From Candidatus Omnitrophota bacterium (GTDB lineage Bacteria > Ratteibacteria > UBA8468 > MWAK01): a stretch of DNA of 62,322 bases. Position numbers and translations under genes: made by a program. Positions within the stretch are counted from its first letter, which is position 1, and every line of letters starts with the position of its first letter. The notes under the pieces were generated by a model that was not told the origin of the DNA, did no database searches, and saw only the letters and a program-made list of their open reading frames with translations. Shown piece by piece: positions 61,874-62,322 of this stretch. The stretch is from assembly GCA_043797665.1 (NCBI GenBank), contig JAZDPL010000043.1, forward strand, positions 1-62,322, written 5' to 3'.

Positions 61874-62322
61874 ATATTGTTAACCGTTTGGTGAACCCTT
61901 TTGAACGTGAAGGAAAGTGGTACAAAGCCAATTTTCATACCCACACCACAACCTCGGATGGTAATGTTCCGGTAGCAGAACGGCTCCGCCAGTATCAGGA
62001 AAAGGGATATTCCGTTTTGGCGCTCACCGACCATCTCAAGACCAACGACATTACGCTTTTTTCTTCAGAAGGTTTTCTGGTTTTAGGCGGAATGGAGACC
62101 CATCCCCTCTGTCCGGGCGGCGACCCGTATCATTTAGTATGTTTGAATGTCCCTCATAGTTTTGACTTTCCGAAAGAGACGGATGCGAATGAGCGGATTG
62201 CTCAGGTGAAGAAGGCGGGTGGTGAGGTAATCGTCGGACACCCTTACTGGTGCGGACATAACCTGAACCGTTTGCTTCCTTTAGCAGGATATATCGGAAT
62301 AGAAGTTTACAATGCAACCTGT
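61870..62322 (+). CDS. PHP-domain (CehA/McbA-like) metallohydrolase, 3'-truncated; absent from the ORF track
   Basis: Manual translation MNIVNRLVNPF...ANFHTHTTTSDG...ALTDH...GHPYW...GIEVYN. ATGA overlap with the tolC-family gene. Confidence 0.88.
   Translation, partial: MNIVNRLVNPFEREGKWYKANFHTHTTTSDGNVPVAERLRQYQEKGYSVLALTDHLKTNDITLFSSEGFLVLGGMETHPLCPGGDPYHLVCLNVPHSFDFPKETDANERIAQVKKAGGEVIVGHPYWCGHNLNRLLPLAGYIGIEVYNATC

Overview
Bacterial chromosomal window. Gene content suggests Omnitrophota or a related PVC-adjacent candidate lineage; this is an inference. (1) 1-35.6 kb is a surface-machinery locus of two convergent operons. The + operon holds the 3' part of a giant Ig-like repeat protein (open at the window edge), exported hypothetical proteins, F-ATPase epsilon- and c-like genes and an exported HEAT-repeat protein. 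The - operon is a T2SS/type IV pilus-like system (ExeA, GspC/D/E/F/G/I/J/K, PilM-N, PilO, PilZ, stand-alone MshEN, metallopeptidase) with F1 b-delta/alpha/gamma/beta genes embedded. The c-like subunit has no acidic residue and no a-subunit gene is seen. (2) 35.7-42.2 kb is housekeeping: tRNA-Gln, purH, pyrB, pyrR, DUF1614, MFS, nnrE, cyclophilin. (3) 42.2-53 kb is a defence island: a TA pair with an attC-like site, a PLD-SNF2 helicase, an N6-adenine MTase, a UvrD-like helicase, and a DUF3800 gene facing a small structured RNA with its own consensus promoter. (4) 53-62 kb holds AddAB-like genes, murC, a TolC-family gene and a truncated PHP hydrolase. Several families of short palindromic repeats are scattered throughout, and at least seven copies lie in-frame inside genes. 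All calls come from motif recognition by eye; no searches were run.
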